A stretch of 64,000 bases of DNA from an uncultured Acidobacteriota bacterium (GTDB lineage Bacteria; Actinomycetota; Acidimicrobiia; Acidimicrobiales; SHLQ01): assembly GCA_963732655.1 (NCBI GenBank), contig CAVTAI010000006.1, forward strand, positions 34,306-98,305, in the 5' to 3' direction. Under the pieces are notes generated by a model. The model did no database searches. It saw only the letters and a list, made by a program, of their open reading frames with translations, and was not told the DNA's origin. A program made the position numbers and the translations under genes. How positions within the stretch are numbered: position 1 is the first letter of the stretch; the number at the start of each line of letters is the position of its first letter. Shown here piece by piece: positions 45,567-54,659 of the stretch.

Positions 45567-47102
45567 GTGTCAGCACTGCTCACCATCGAGCACTTGTCCA
45601 AGTCGTTCCCGGGGCAAGTCGCGCTCGACGACGTCGACCTCGTCATCAACGCCGGACTCACGCACGCCCTCGTGGGCCAGAACGGTTCGGGCAAGTCGAC
45701 GCTCATCAAGATCCTGTGCGGCTACCACCAACCCACCGGGCCGTCGCGGGCGATCTACCACGGCGAGCAGATCCGGCGCGGCGAGCACGAGCTCACCTTG
45801 GGCGACCCACATTCCGCAGCACTGGCCGGCATCCGCTTCGTCCACCAGGATCTCGGCCTGGTCGGGTCGCTCAACGCCGTCGAGAACATCTCGATGGGCG
45901 TGGGCTACACCACCCGGCGGGGTCGCATCGACTGGCGGGCCGATACGGCGCGGGCCCGCAAAGGATTGGCCGACCTCGGTTTCACTGACATCGACGTGAC
46001 GGTGCCCGTCTCCACCCTCGCCCCGTCGCAGAAGACGGCGGTGGCCATCGCCCGGGCCCTCGACGGTTGGGAGGAGGGCGCCAACCTCCTCGTGCTCGAC
46101 GAGCCCACGGCGTCGCTTCCGGGCGCCGATGTCGAGCGACTGTTCGCCGCCATTCGCCTGCTCAAGTCGCGAGGCGTAGCCATCCTGTACGTCTCCCACC
46201 ACCTCGACGAAGTGTTCGCCATTGCGGACGAGGTCACCGTGCTGCGTGACGGCCGGCGCGTGGCAACGGTCCCGATCGCGGAACTGGACCACGATCGCCT
46301 CATCGAGCTGATGATCGGCCACACCCTCGATCGCCGACGTCAGGTCGACCGTCAGGCCACCGGGGCGCCGGGTGGACTGAGGATTCGCGGACTGTCCGGG
46401 GGCTCGATCACCAACGTCGACCTCCACATCGAACCCGGGGAGATCGTCGGCGTCGCCGGCATCACGGGCTCTGGGCGCGAGTCGCTCGTGCCGATCGTGT
46501 GTGGTCAGGTGCCGTCCGATTCCGGCACCGTCACCGTGGGCGACACTGCGGTACCCAACTACGCGCCCCGGGCCGGACTCCGTGCGGGTCTGGCGTTCCT
46601 CGCGGCCGAACGCTCGACCCAGGGGATCATCCCGTTGATGTCGGTGCGCCACAATCTGACCTTGTCCGATGTCCGCCGCCACTGGAAGGGATGGCGTCTC
46701 CGCCACGGCGACGAGACGGGGGAGGCAAAGACCTGGATCGATCGCCTTCGAATCAAGACCGCAGGCACCGAAGTCCCCATCACCACGCTGAGCGGGGGCA
46801 ATCAACAGAAGGTCCTCTTCGGCCGCAGTCTGCGCCTCGCCCCTTCGGTACTCGTGCTCGACGAACCGACTCGTGGGGTGGATGTGGGTGCCAAGGAAGA
46901 GATCCACCAGCTCATCGACCAGGCGGCAGCTGGCGGTGCTGCGGTGCTCGTCGCTTCCACCGACACCGACGAGCTCGTCCGGGTGGCCCATCGCGTCGTC
47001 GTCCTTCGCAACGGCGGCATTGCCGCCGAACTGTCCGGCCCCGACATGACCGTGGCCACCATCGAGCTCGCCCAGCTCCAGACCCAGAAGGTTGGTTCCT
47101 AG
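45567..47102 (+). CDS. sugar-type ABC transporter ATP-binding protein (two fused NBDs)
   Basis: Walker A GQNGSGKST plus a second NBD with LSGGNQQK and LVLDEPTRGVD. Confidence 0.9.
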   Translation: MSALLTIEHLSKSFPGQVALDDVDLVINAGLTHALVGQNGSGKSTLIKILCGYHQPTGPSRAIYHGEQIRRGEHELTLGDPHSAALAGIRFVHQDLGLVGSLNAVENISMGVGYTTRRGRIDWRADTARARKGLADLGFTDIDVTVPVSTLAPSQKTAVAIARALDGWEEGANLLVLDEPTASLPGADVERLFAAIRLLKSRGVAILYVSHHLDEVFAIADEVTVLRDGRRVATVPIAELDHDRLIELMIGHTLDRRRQVDRQATGAPGGLRIRGLSGGSITNVDLHIEPGEIVGVAGITGSGRESLVPIVCGQVPSDSGTVTVGDTAVPNYAPRAGLRAGLAFLAAERSTQGIIPLMSVRHNLTLSDVRRHWKGWRLRHGDETGEAKTWIDRLRIKTAGTEVPITTLSGGNQQKVLFGRSLRLAPSVLVLDEPTRGVDVGAKEEIHQLIDQAAAGGAAVLVASTDTDELVRVAHRVVVLRNGGIAAELSGPDMTVATIELAQLQTQKVGS

Positions 47103-48227
47103 ATGACTGCAACGGCTGATCCCGTCGCTCCACCGGACCCCGGGCCCGAGTTGGCGACGACGCCCACGAACAGTTTCTGGTCTCGTCTACGAGTCGACCG
47201 ATTCAGTGCGCTCTACCTCCTAGGTGCGTTCTTCCTCTTCTTCAGCATCACCGAGGACAACTTCCTGCAGTGGAACGGCAGCTTCGAGCTGGTGCTCACC
47301 GAGAAGGTGATCATCTGCATGTTGGCGCTGGCGTTCCTCATTCCGCTCACGGCCGACACGTTCGATCTCTCGATCGGCGCCAATATGGCGCTCGCGCTCG
47401 TGATCGCCAACAAGATGGCGCTCGACACCGACCTTCCCGACGGCATCGGCGCGCTGCTGGGCATGGCTGCCTGCGGAGTCGTCGGGGTGCTCAACGGGTT
47501 CGTCGTCGTCAAGCTCCGCGTCAACTCGTTCATCGGCACGCTCGGCATGAGTCAGGTGATCGGCGCCGCCATCCTGCGCATCCATGACGGCTCCCAGATC
47601 AACGGCGCCTTCAGCGACACCTACATCAACTTCGGCAAGAAGAGCGTGTTCAGCTTCGACTGGCCGGGCTCGGGGAGCGAGATCTCCATACCCTGGTACC
47701 TCGTCTACGGACTCATCGTCGCCATCATCGTCTGGTACGTGCTCGAACACACGCCGGTCGGCCGCCACCTGTTCGCCACCGGCGGCAACCGGGAGGCGGC
47801 CCGACTCTCGGGTCTCAACACCGACCGACTGACGTGGGGCTCGCTCATCGCATCGGCGCTGATCGCTGGGTTCGCCGGACTGATCTTCTCCTGGAAGTTC
47901 GGCACCTTCTCCTCGACGGTGGAGGACGGGCTCCTCTTCCCGGCAGTGGCCGCCGTGTTCTTCGGCGCCAGCCAGATCAAGGGCCGGGCCAACGTGTGGG
48001 GAACGCTGCTCGCCGTGTACACCTTGGCCTTCGGCATCCGTGGCATCGGCCTGCGCTACCCCCGCGACATCGACTGGATCCAGCCCCTGTTCCAGGGGGT
48101 CACCCTCATCGGCGCGGTGGCCCTCGCCAGCCGGCAGGGAATCATCAAGGTCCGCAAGCGCAACGACAAGGTGCTCGCCCCGACCGACACCGGACTCGAC
48201 GTCACCGCGTCGCCATCCTCGGCCTGA
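47103..48227 (+). CDS. ABC transporter permease (ribose/xylose-type)
   Basis: Multi-TM protein. The start directly follows the ATPase stop. Confidence 0.9.
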   Translation: MTATADPVAPPDPGPELATTPTNSFWSRLRVDRFSALYLLGAFFLFFSITEDNFLQWNGSFELVLTEKVIICMLALAFLIPLTADTFDLSIGANMALALVIANKMALDTDLPDGIGALLGMAACGVVGVLNGFVVVKLRVNSFIGTLGMSQVIGAAILRIHDGSQINGAFSDTYINFGKKSVFSFDWPGSGSEISIPWYLVYGLIVAIIVWYVLEHTPVGRHLFATGGNREAARLSGLNTDRLTWGSLIASALIAGFAGLIFSWKFGTFSSTVEDGLLFPAVAAVFFGASQIKGRANVWGTLLAVYTLAFGIRGIGLRYPRDIDWIQPLFQGVTLIGAVALASRQGIIKVRKRNDKVLAPTDTGLDVTASPSSA

Positions 48228-48237
48228 CCCGCCCGAC

Positions 48238-48786
48238 ATGATCTCCGCCGTCGGGGGACTTCCCCTGTTCCAGTACGCCTACGTGGTGGCCGACATCGAA
48301 GCGTCGGTGCACCATTGGGCGACCACGGTCGGCGCCGGGCCGTTTTTCGTCTCGGCCCACCACCGGGCCGACCGGTTCGACTATCGCGGCACCACGCTCG
48401 AGGCCGACGTCACCTACGCCTTCGGATACGCAGGCGAGTGCCAGATCCAGCTCATCGCCCAGCACGACGACACGCCGTCTATCTACCGCGACATGTATCC
48501 GGCCTACCCCAACGGCCCGCTCGGTTTCCATCATGTCGCGTCCCTCGTGCCGGACTACGACGGAGTTCGCCAACATCTCCTCGACCAGGGCCACACCCTC
48601 GCCTGTGAGCTGTGGGCCAACGACATCGTCGCCGGCTACTTCGACACCCGACACGCGATCGGCTGCTTCACCGAGCTCCACATCCGCACGGACCGCATCG
48701 CCGCCACGTTCGACCGTTGGAAAGCCGCCCACGAAGCCTGGGACGGCTCCGGACCCGTCCTGCGCGCCCACGTCAGTGGGACATAG
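48238..48786 (+). CDS. VOC family protein (paralog of the gene ending at 36177)
   Basis: FQYAYVVADIEASV first strand and GFHHVA metal-site-like motif. Confidence 0.8.
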   Translation: MISAVGGLPLFQYAYVVADIEASVHHWATTVGAGPFFVSAHHRADRFDYRGTTLEADVTYAFGYAGECQIQLIAQHDDTPSIYRDMYPAYPNGPLGFHHVASLVPDYDGVRQHLLDQGHTLACELWANDIVAGYFDTRHAIGCFTELHIRTDRIAATFDRWKAAHEAWDGSGPVLRAHVSGT

Positions 48787-48789
48787 TCA

Positions 48790-48820
48790 CTCGATCGGCA
48801 ACCAGAGGTTGCCGATCGAG
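48790..48820. terminator. perfect 14-bp hairpin CTCGATCGGCAACC-aga-GGTTGCCGATCGAG
   Basis: Starts 4 nt after the VOC stop and is followed by TT. Confidence 0.7.
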
Positions 48821-48926
48821 TTCCCGCGTGACGGTTGCGGACGTTCGTGTGCGCTTGGTATCTCCCTGCGACACGGAGCGCACTCGACGTTTGAGGCTCA
48901 GGATGTCGGTCCCGGTGACCGTCCCG

Positions 48927-49288
48927 GGGCGCCACATGGGGCAGGAAGGCATCGAGCAGGTGCGCCGTGCCCGTGACGTCGAAGATGCGCTCGGTCGTGG
49001 CCTGGGCCGGTGAGACGTCGGCGTGTTGAACAACGTCCGTATCGTGCCCAGCGAGGCCGCATACTCGGCCAGCTCGAACACACGGTCCCGGTCGGCGACA
49101 TCGAGGAGGAACTCCTCGGCGAAGTGGCCGTCGACCCGAAGCGCCTCGGCGCGCCGGCTCAAGTTGTCGGCCGAGAAGTCCACCAGGACGATCCGCCGCC
49201 CTGCGGCCAGGCGCCGAGTCGCCGCGAACCCCATGTCACCGACGCCGGTGACGACGACGATGTCGGTCGGTACACGCTCGAAGTCCAT
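48927..49288 (-). pseudogene. SDR-like gene remnant: N-terminal 120 aa or so, frameshifted near 49019-49022 and truncated
   Basis: IVVVTGVGDMGFA ... LFNT lies in one frame. (A)DVSPAQATTERIFDVTGTAHLLDAFLPHVAP lies in another. No catalytic half follows before the hairpin at 48820. Confidence 0.65.
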
Positions 49289-49358
49289 TCGCCCACCCCT
49301 CGGGTCATCCGGATCGGGGGCGAACACTCAGCGGAACGACGCTCGGCCGCCCGGCTGA

Positions 49359-49880
49359 TCACACCTGCGACGTGCTGCGCCCGGCCGGGGAGTTGGCGAA
49401 CATGGCCTCGCTGTCGAAACCGATGCGGGCATCCGGCACGACCTCGATGACGACGCGGCCCGGCGAATCGAGGTGGTGGACGAACGCCGCCTGCTTCTCC
49501 GCGCTGTCCGGCCGGACGCGCGCCGCCAAGGCCTGGTAGAACCACGCCTTGGTGTCATCGTCGTCGTGGACGGTCGCCGTGCCCTTGTAGGTGACGGCCT
49601 GACTGATGCCGATGTCGGTCCCCCGACTCGTGATGGCCACGGCGACCCGGGGCCGGGCCATGATCGCCGGCACCCGCTTACGGCGCTTCGTACAGGTGAG
49701 CCAGAACCGATCGTCGCGCGGGACGAAGTTCATGATCACCCCGACCGGATCGCCGGTGGCGGTGGTCCACATGAAGGTGCACTCGGTCTGTTTGTCGAGG
49801 AGGACCTGCTCGCGCCCGTCGTCGAGCGTGAAGATCGAGACATCTTCGTAGGAGTCCACGTAGTCAGCGTCGTCAGCCAT
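49359..49880 (-). CDS. pyridoxamine 5-phosphate oxidase-like (flavin/F420-binding split-barrel) protein
   Basis: Size and beta-barrel-like pattern. GAGAGG lies 8 nt upstream of the ATG. Confidence 0.75.
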   Translation of the reverse strand: MADDADYVDSYEDVSIFTLDDGREQVLLDKQTECTFMWTTATGDPVGVIMNFVPRDDRFWLTCTKRRKRVPAIMARPRVAVAITSRGTDIGISQAVTYKGTATVHDDDDTKAWFYQALAARVRPDSAEKQAAFVHHLDSPGRVVIEVVPDARIGFDSEAMFANSPAGRSTSQV

Positions 49881-49888
49881 GTTCCCAG

Positions 49889-49951
49889 CCTCTCAATGTC
49901 CCTGTCCTCTCAATGTCCCTGTCCTCTCAAGGTCCAAGCCTCTCAACTTCC
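49889..49951. repeat. 17-bp tandem array, four units (two identical, two diverged); minus-strand core TTGAGAGG
   Basis: cctctcaatgtccctgt twice (49889-49905 and 49906-49922), then cctctcaaggtccaag, then cctctcaacttcc. The array fills the gap between the SDR stop and the PPOX start. Confidence 0.85.
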
Positions 49952-50690
49952 CAACATCCCGCCATCGACGGCGAGGGCATGGCCGGTGGTAAACGACGCT
50001 GCGTACGAGCACAACCACAAGGCCGCGGCGGCGATCTCGTCGGGCCTACCGAACCGGCCCAGCTTCGACAACCGGCCGGCGGTCTCCTCGGCGTCTCGAC
50101 CGCGCCGGCACCATGGCGTTGCGCAACATCGGCGTGTCGATGGCGCCCGGGCAGATGGCGTTGACCCGGATGCCGTGGGTTCCGTAGTCGAGCGCAGCCG
50201 ACCGAGTGAGCCCGAGCACGGCGTGTTTGCTCGCGGTGTACGCGGGCTGGTTTCCCTGGGGTCGGAACGAGTTCGTCGAGGCGATGTTGACGATGGACCC
50301 TCCCCCGCCGGTAAGCATGGCGGAGATCTCGTGCTTCATGCACAAGAACACCGACCGGGCGTTGACCGCCATCATCCGCTCGTAGTCGGCTTCCTCACAC
50401 TCGTGGAGCGGCACCATCTCGAACTCGATGGCGGCCGCGTTGACCGCGGCGTCCAGCCGACCGAACCGGTCGAGGGCGGTACCCACGATGCGCTCCACGT
50501 CGGCGTTCACCGACACGTCGCCGGCCACGCCCACGACATCGGCGCCGAGTCCGGCCAGTACTTCGGCGTCGAGGTCCGACGCCACCACCCGGGCACCGGC
50601 ATCGACGAAGGCCGCCACGATCGCCCGCCCCATCCCCCCGGTGGCCCCGGTAACGATCGTCACCCGGCCCTCCATCGCTCCATCGCTCAT
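49943..50690 (-). pseudogene. SDR family oxidoreductase, frameshifted near 50100-50105
   Basis: [11 protein letters not shown] ... [12 protein letters not shown] ... [13 protein letters not shown] lies in ORF 50046..50915. The canonical C-terminus [52 protein letters not shown] lies in a third frame ending at 49943. The switch is in a gcgcg run. Confidence 0.8.
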
Positions 50691-50773
50691 CGCGGCACGT
50701 CCTTCCACGCCTTGTCTCCGCTCACGGGTCGGCCAACAAGGCTCATCGCGGCACGTCCTTCCACGCCTTGTCT
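50685..50773. repeat. 33-bp perfect direct repeat (50685-50717 and 50741-50773), the core of a 56-bp junction duplication
   Basis: gctcatcgcggcacgtccttccacgccttgtct occurs twice. Copy 2 is the 3-prime end of the ACAD gene. Copy 1 abuts the SDR start. Confidence 0.9.
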
Positions 50774-52005
50774 TTGTCCACTCTCGGTTCACCGGGGAGG
50801 CCGAGGACCCGTTCGGCCATGATGTTGCGCTGCACCTCATCGGAGCCGCCGGCGATGCGGTAGCCGGGTGCCCCGGTGACGTGCTCGACCCACTCGAACG
50901 TGCCCCACTCACCACTGTCGGCGAGCAGGCGCGGTCCGAGGATGTCCCCCACCACGTCGGTGATGAGCCGCATGCCCTCGGTCCACATGAGTTTGCCGAT
51001 CGAGCCTTCGGGACCGGGTTGGGCGCCGGCCTGGCGCATGTCGGCCGTCCGCCGGTTCACGAAGCTCTGGAGCCGCGTGGAGGTGTAGACCTGCATGAGG
51101 CGCTGCCGCATCACGGGATCGGCGGTGACACCGAGGTGCTGGGCCAGCGCGATCACGTGCGGCCAGGCCCCACCCGCCCGCGCCGTGCCCGAGCCGCTCT
51201 TGTCGCGCTCGAAGCTGAGCGTGGTCAATGCCACGTTCCAGCCGTCGCCCACCTCCCCCAACCGGAGCGCGTCGGGGAAGCGAGCGTCGGTGAAGAACAC
51301 CTCGTTGAACGACGCCCCGCCACTCATCTGCTTGATGGGTCGGATCTCGACGCCGGGGGCATCCATCGGGACGAGGAAGGCGGTGAGCCCTCGGTGCTTC
51401 ACCACGTTCGGATCCGAGCGAGCGATGAGCAGGCCCCACGGGGAGAACATGGCACCGGAGCTCCATGTCTTCTGGCCACTGATCACCCACTCGTCGCCGT
51501 CGCGCTCGGCCCGGCACGCCAATCCGGCGAGGTCGGAACCGGCGCCCGGTTCGGAGAACAGCTGGCAGCAGAGGAACTCGGCGCTGAGCAACGGAGCGAC
51601 GAACCGCTCCTTCTGCTCGGGGGTGCCGAACCGGTCGACCGTGGGTGAGATGAGCCCGGTGGTGACGCTGAAGGTCTCGTGCCGGCCGGGGGTCACGTAC
51701 TCGGATTCGAGTGCGGAGAAAGCGTAGGCGTGCTCCTTGCCGAGGCCCAGCCCACCGATCTCGGGGCGTGCGGTCACCGCATGGTAACCCCGGGTGGCCT
51801 TGAGCTGTTGCCAGGCCATGAGCCGCTGGAGGAGGCTCCACTCCTCGGCCCGATCGAGAGCGTGGAACACGGCGACGCTGAACGTGCCGTCGCCCCAGGC
51901 CACGTCGACGTTCTCGCCATCGGTGCTCGAACGGCGCTCAGCATGGTGATCCAGCCAGGTGCGCGCCTCGGCGGCGAACTCGTCGACGGTGGGGGGAGCG
52001 GCCAT
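50743..52005 (-). CDS. acyl-CoA dehydrogenase
   Basis: ACAD layout, with a C-terminal [12 protein letters not shown]-type motif. Confidence 0.9.
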   Translation of the reverse strand: MAAPPTVDEFAAEARTWLDHHAERRSSTDGENVDVAWGDGTFSVAVFHALDRAEEWSLLQRLMAWQQLKATRGYHAVTARPEIGGLGLGKEHAYAFSALESEYVTPGRHETFSVTTGLISPTVDRFGTPEQKERFVAPLLSAEFLCCQLFSEPGAGSDLAGLACRAERDGDEWVISGQKTWSSGAMFSPWGLLIARSDPNVVKHRGLTAFLVPMDAPGVEIRPIKQMSGGASFNEVFFTDARFPDALRLGEVGDGWNVALTTLSFERDKSGSGTARAGGAWPHVIALAQHLGVTADPVMRQRLMQVYTSTRLQSFVNRRTADMRQAGAQPGPEGSIGKLMWTEGMRLITDVVGDILGPRLLADSGEWGTFEWVEHVTGAPGYRIAGGSDEVQRNIMAERVLGLPGEPRVDKDKAWKDVPR

Positions 52006-52026
52006 GGATCCAGGTTCCTGATGCGA

Positions 52027-53361
52027 TCAGCGGGCGGGGGTGAGCTCGAGGTCGAGGCGTTTGAGGCCTCGCAGCATGAAGCTCGGGTGGTACTCGTAGG
52101 AGTTGCTCTCCGCCAGCCGGAACGACGCCACACGGGCGGACAGCTCTTCGAGCGCGACTCGCGCCTCGAGCCGTGACAGGTTCGCGCCGACGCAGTAGTG
52201 GATGCCCTTGCCGAACGCCAGGTGGTTGACGAGGTTCGAGCGGTCGGGGTCGAACGTGTCCGGGTCGACGAAGTGGCGTTCGTCGCGGTTGGCGGACGTG
52301 TACATCAGCACGATGCGCCGCCCGGCCGGGATGGCGACGCCGCCGAGCTCGACATCGCGGGTGGTGATCCGCCACATGCCCTGGGTCGGGGTCGACAGGC
52401 GGAGCACCTCCTCGATGATCGGCTTGGCGAAGGACGGGTCGTGCCGGACCTGGTGCCACCGCTCCGGATGTCGGCCGAGCAGGAGCATCATCTCGGTGAG
52501 CAGCTTCGTGGTCGTCTCGTTGCCCGCGACCAGCAGCTGCGAGAGGATCGACTGCATCTCACTCATGGTGAGCGGCTCGTCCGGCAGATCAGGATCCTCG
52601 GCTGGGTCCGCGTTGGCCGTGTCGATCCCGGCCGTGTCGATCCGGGCGGTGACGAGCCGGGACAAGATGTCGTCGCCGGGCTCGGCGCGACGACGCTCGA
52701 GCTGCTCGGCGAAGAAGTGCTGCATCTCGATCTGGCCCATCTCGGCGGCCATGCGCTGGTCGGGAGTGAGCGACGCCCCGATGGGCGCGACGTTGTCATC
52801 GCTCCAGCGTTTGAAGTCGGCCAGGCGATCATCGGGGACCGCCAGCGCCTTGGCGATGGTCTCCACCGGGAGCGGTACGGCGAACTCGGCGACGAACTCG
52901 ATGCCCCCGTTGCCGATCCACGAGTCGATCAATCGGCGGGTGATGGCCCGGATGGCCGGTTCGAGGTCGGTGATCGACCGGGGGGTGAAGGCTTTGGAGA
53001 CGAGCTTGCGGTACCGGGTCTGTTCGGGCGGATCGGCACTCAACATGGTCGGAACGGCTGGCCACCCGCCGTGGTCCTCACGCAGCTGCCGGAGCCGGGC
53101 GGCGAGCTCGGGATCGGCCGGCATGCCGGCGCTGCCGAACTTCGACGAGTAGGTCGAGGGATCCCGAAGGACCTCCAGCACGAGGTCGTGCGTGGTGACC
53201 AGCCACACCGGCATGCCGAGGGCGTCGGTGGCGTAGACGGGTGCCCCCGATCGCATCGCCGCGTAGTAGGCGTGGGGCTGCTGCTGGATCTCGGCGTCGA
53301 ACAGGCCGAAGTCGGCCAGATCCACGAGATCGCGCCCGGCGACAAGACGTTCGCTGGTCAT
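52027..53361 (-). CDS. cytochrome P450
   Basis: AGNETT I-helix, EEVLRL, heme loop FGKGIHYCVGANLSR. Confidence 0.9.
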   Translation of the reverse strand: MTSERLVAGRDLVDLADFGLFDAEIQQQPHAYYAAMRSGAPVYATDALGMPVWLVTTHDLVLEVLRDPSTYSSKFGSAGMPADPELAARLRQLREDHGGWPAVPTMLSADPPEQTRYRKLVSKAFTPRSITDLEPAIRAITRRLIDSWIGNGGIEFVAEFAVPLPVETIAKALAVPDDRLADFKRWSDDNVAPIGASLTPDQRMAAEMGQIEMQHFFAEQLERRRAEPGDDILSRLVTARIDTAGIDTANADPAEDPDLPDEPLTMSEMQSILSQLLVAGNETTTKLLTEMMLLLGRHPERWHQVRHDPSFAKPIIEEVLRLSTPTQGMWRITTRDVELGGVAIPAGRRIVLMYTSANRDERHFVDPDTFDPDRSNLVNHLAFGKGIHYCVGANLSRLEARVALEELSARVASFRLAESNSYEYHPSFMLRGLKRLDLELTPAR

Positions 53362-53414
53362 GGCCCCCTCCTCGTTCGCCCCGGTTCCCAGTGGCCGCTA
53401 CGTTAGCCGAAGTA

Positions 53415-53428
53415 ATTAACCGGTTGAT
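53415..53428. promoter_or_regulatory. ATTAACCGGTTGAT, the reverse complement of the 14-mer at 45492-45505
   Basis: Centred in the 95-bp divergent intergenic region between the two P450 genes. Confidence 0.55.
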
Positions 53429-53456
53429 AGGTGGCGACACAGTGGGGGTCTCGGCC

Positions 53457-54659
53457 ATGGCGAACGATCCCGGGCTCGATCACCTGGTTCCCTCCGTTCG
53501 GATCGACCCGACCCCCGTCTACGCCCGCATGCGAAGCGAGTGCCCCGTCCTCCATCGAGCCGACCTCGACCCGCCGTTCTATGTGGTCTCGCGCCACGAG
53601 GATGTGGCGGACCTGCTCCGCGACGATCGCCGGTGGCGCAACGGTGAAGGCCCGGGCGTGTTCCGCCAGCAGGGCGGAGTGCTCGGGTCAGCCGATGACC
53701 CCGACCATGCCCGCCAGAGGGCGGCGCTGCGCCCCAACTTCCTGCCGACGGCGATCGCCCGCCTCGAGCCGCGAGTCGCGATGCTCGCCGATCAGTGTTT
53801 CGAGGACTTCGTTCACCTTGGCGAGGGTGACTTCGTCTCGCGGTTCGCCTTCCCGTTCCCCGCTCAGGTGATCGCCGAGCTCCTCGGCGTTCCCGCGGAG
53901 CAGCGGGACGCCTTCGGGCGCTGGGCGAGTCAGATCGTGGCCACCCTCGGCAACGGTGACACCGACCAGTACCAACGCGTCACCGCCGAGATGTGGGCCT
54001 GCATCGACGGCGAAGTCGAGCGACGCCTGGCGCTCCACCAGGGCGGCGCCGAGCTCCCCGCCGACACGTTGTCGACCATGGTCCTCGCCCACCTCGACGG
54101 ACAGCTGAGCCGGGAGGAGATCCGGCGGCTCGGGCACCAGCTCCTGGTGGCCGGCCACGAGACCACCAGCGGCCTACTCGGGCTGCTGATGCTCCGGCTG
54201 ATCCAAGTTCCCGAGATGCTGACCTCTGTTCGGGCCGATCGCGCCCTCATCCCGGCGGTGGTCGAGGAGGCGTTGCGCTTCGACTCGCCCGTCCAGGGAC
54301 TCTTCCGGACGAACGAGTCGCCGTGCCGCGTCGGCGAGGCCGACATCCCGGCCGGATCCAAAGTCCAGGTCATGTACGCCTCGGCCAACCGGGACCCTGC
54401 GGTGTGGCCGGATCCCGACGAATTCCGTCTCGACCGTGACCCCCGGAAAGCGCGCAGCCACCTGGCGTTCGGATGGGGACTCCACTACTGCATCGGCGCG
54501 CCGCTGGCTCGTATGGAGATCCGGCTGGCGCTCGACCGTATCCTCGACCGGATGCACGACATCGAGCTCATCGGTGAACCCGAGAGCGAGTCCCCCTTCG
54601 TCCTCCACGGGCTGAGCCGCCTGCCGATCCGCTGGACCGCCGGAGGTCCACCCTCGTGA
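53457..54659 (+). CDS. cytochrome P450
   Basis: AGHETT I-helix, EEALRF, heme loop FGWGLHYCIGAPLAR. Confidence 0.9.
   Translation: MANDPGLDHLVPSVRIDPTPVYARMRSECPVLHRADLDPPFYVVSRHEDVADLLRDDRRWRNGEGPGVFRQQGGVLGSADDPDHARQRAALRPNFLPTAIARLEPRVAMLADQCFEDFVHLGEGDFVSRFAFPFPAQVIAELLGVPAEQRDAFGRWASQIVATLGNGDTDQYQRVTAEMWACIDGEVERRLALHQGGAELPADTLSTMVLAHLDGQLSREEIRRLGHQLLVAGHETTSGLLGLLMLRLIQVPEMLTSVRADRALIPAVVEEALRFDSPVQGLFRTNESPCRVGEADIPAGSKVQVMYASANRDPAVWPDPDEFRLDRDPRKARSHLAFGWGLHYCIGAPLARMEIRLALDRILDRMHDIELIGEPESESPFVLHGLSRLPIRWTAGGPPS

Noticed and set aside
45492-53428. Calling the ATCAACCGGTTAAT sites KstR boxes and the cluster a KstR regulon.
   Set aside because: Only the AAC-N2-GTT core matches. 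The outer T and A positions of the published TnnAACnnGTTnnA consensus are swapped, and no KstR ortholog can be identified by eye. I kept it as a generic TetR-type operator candidate.
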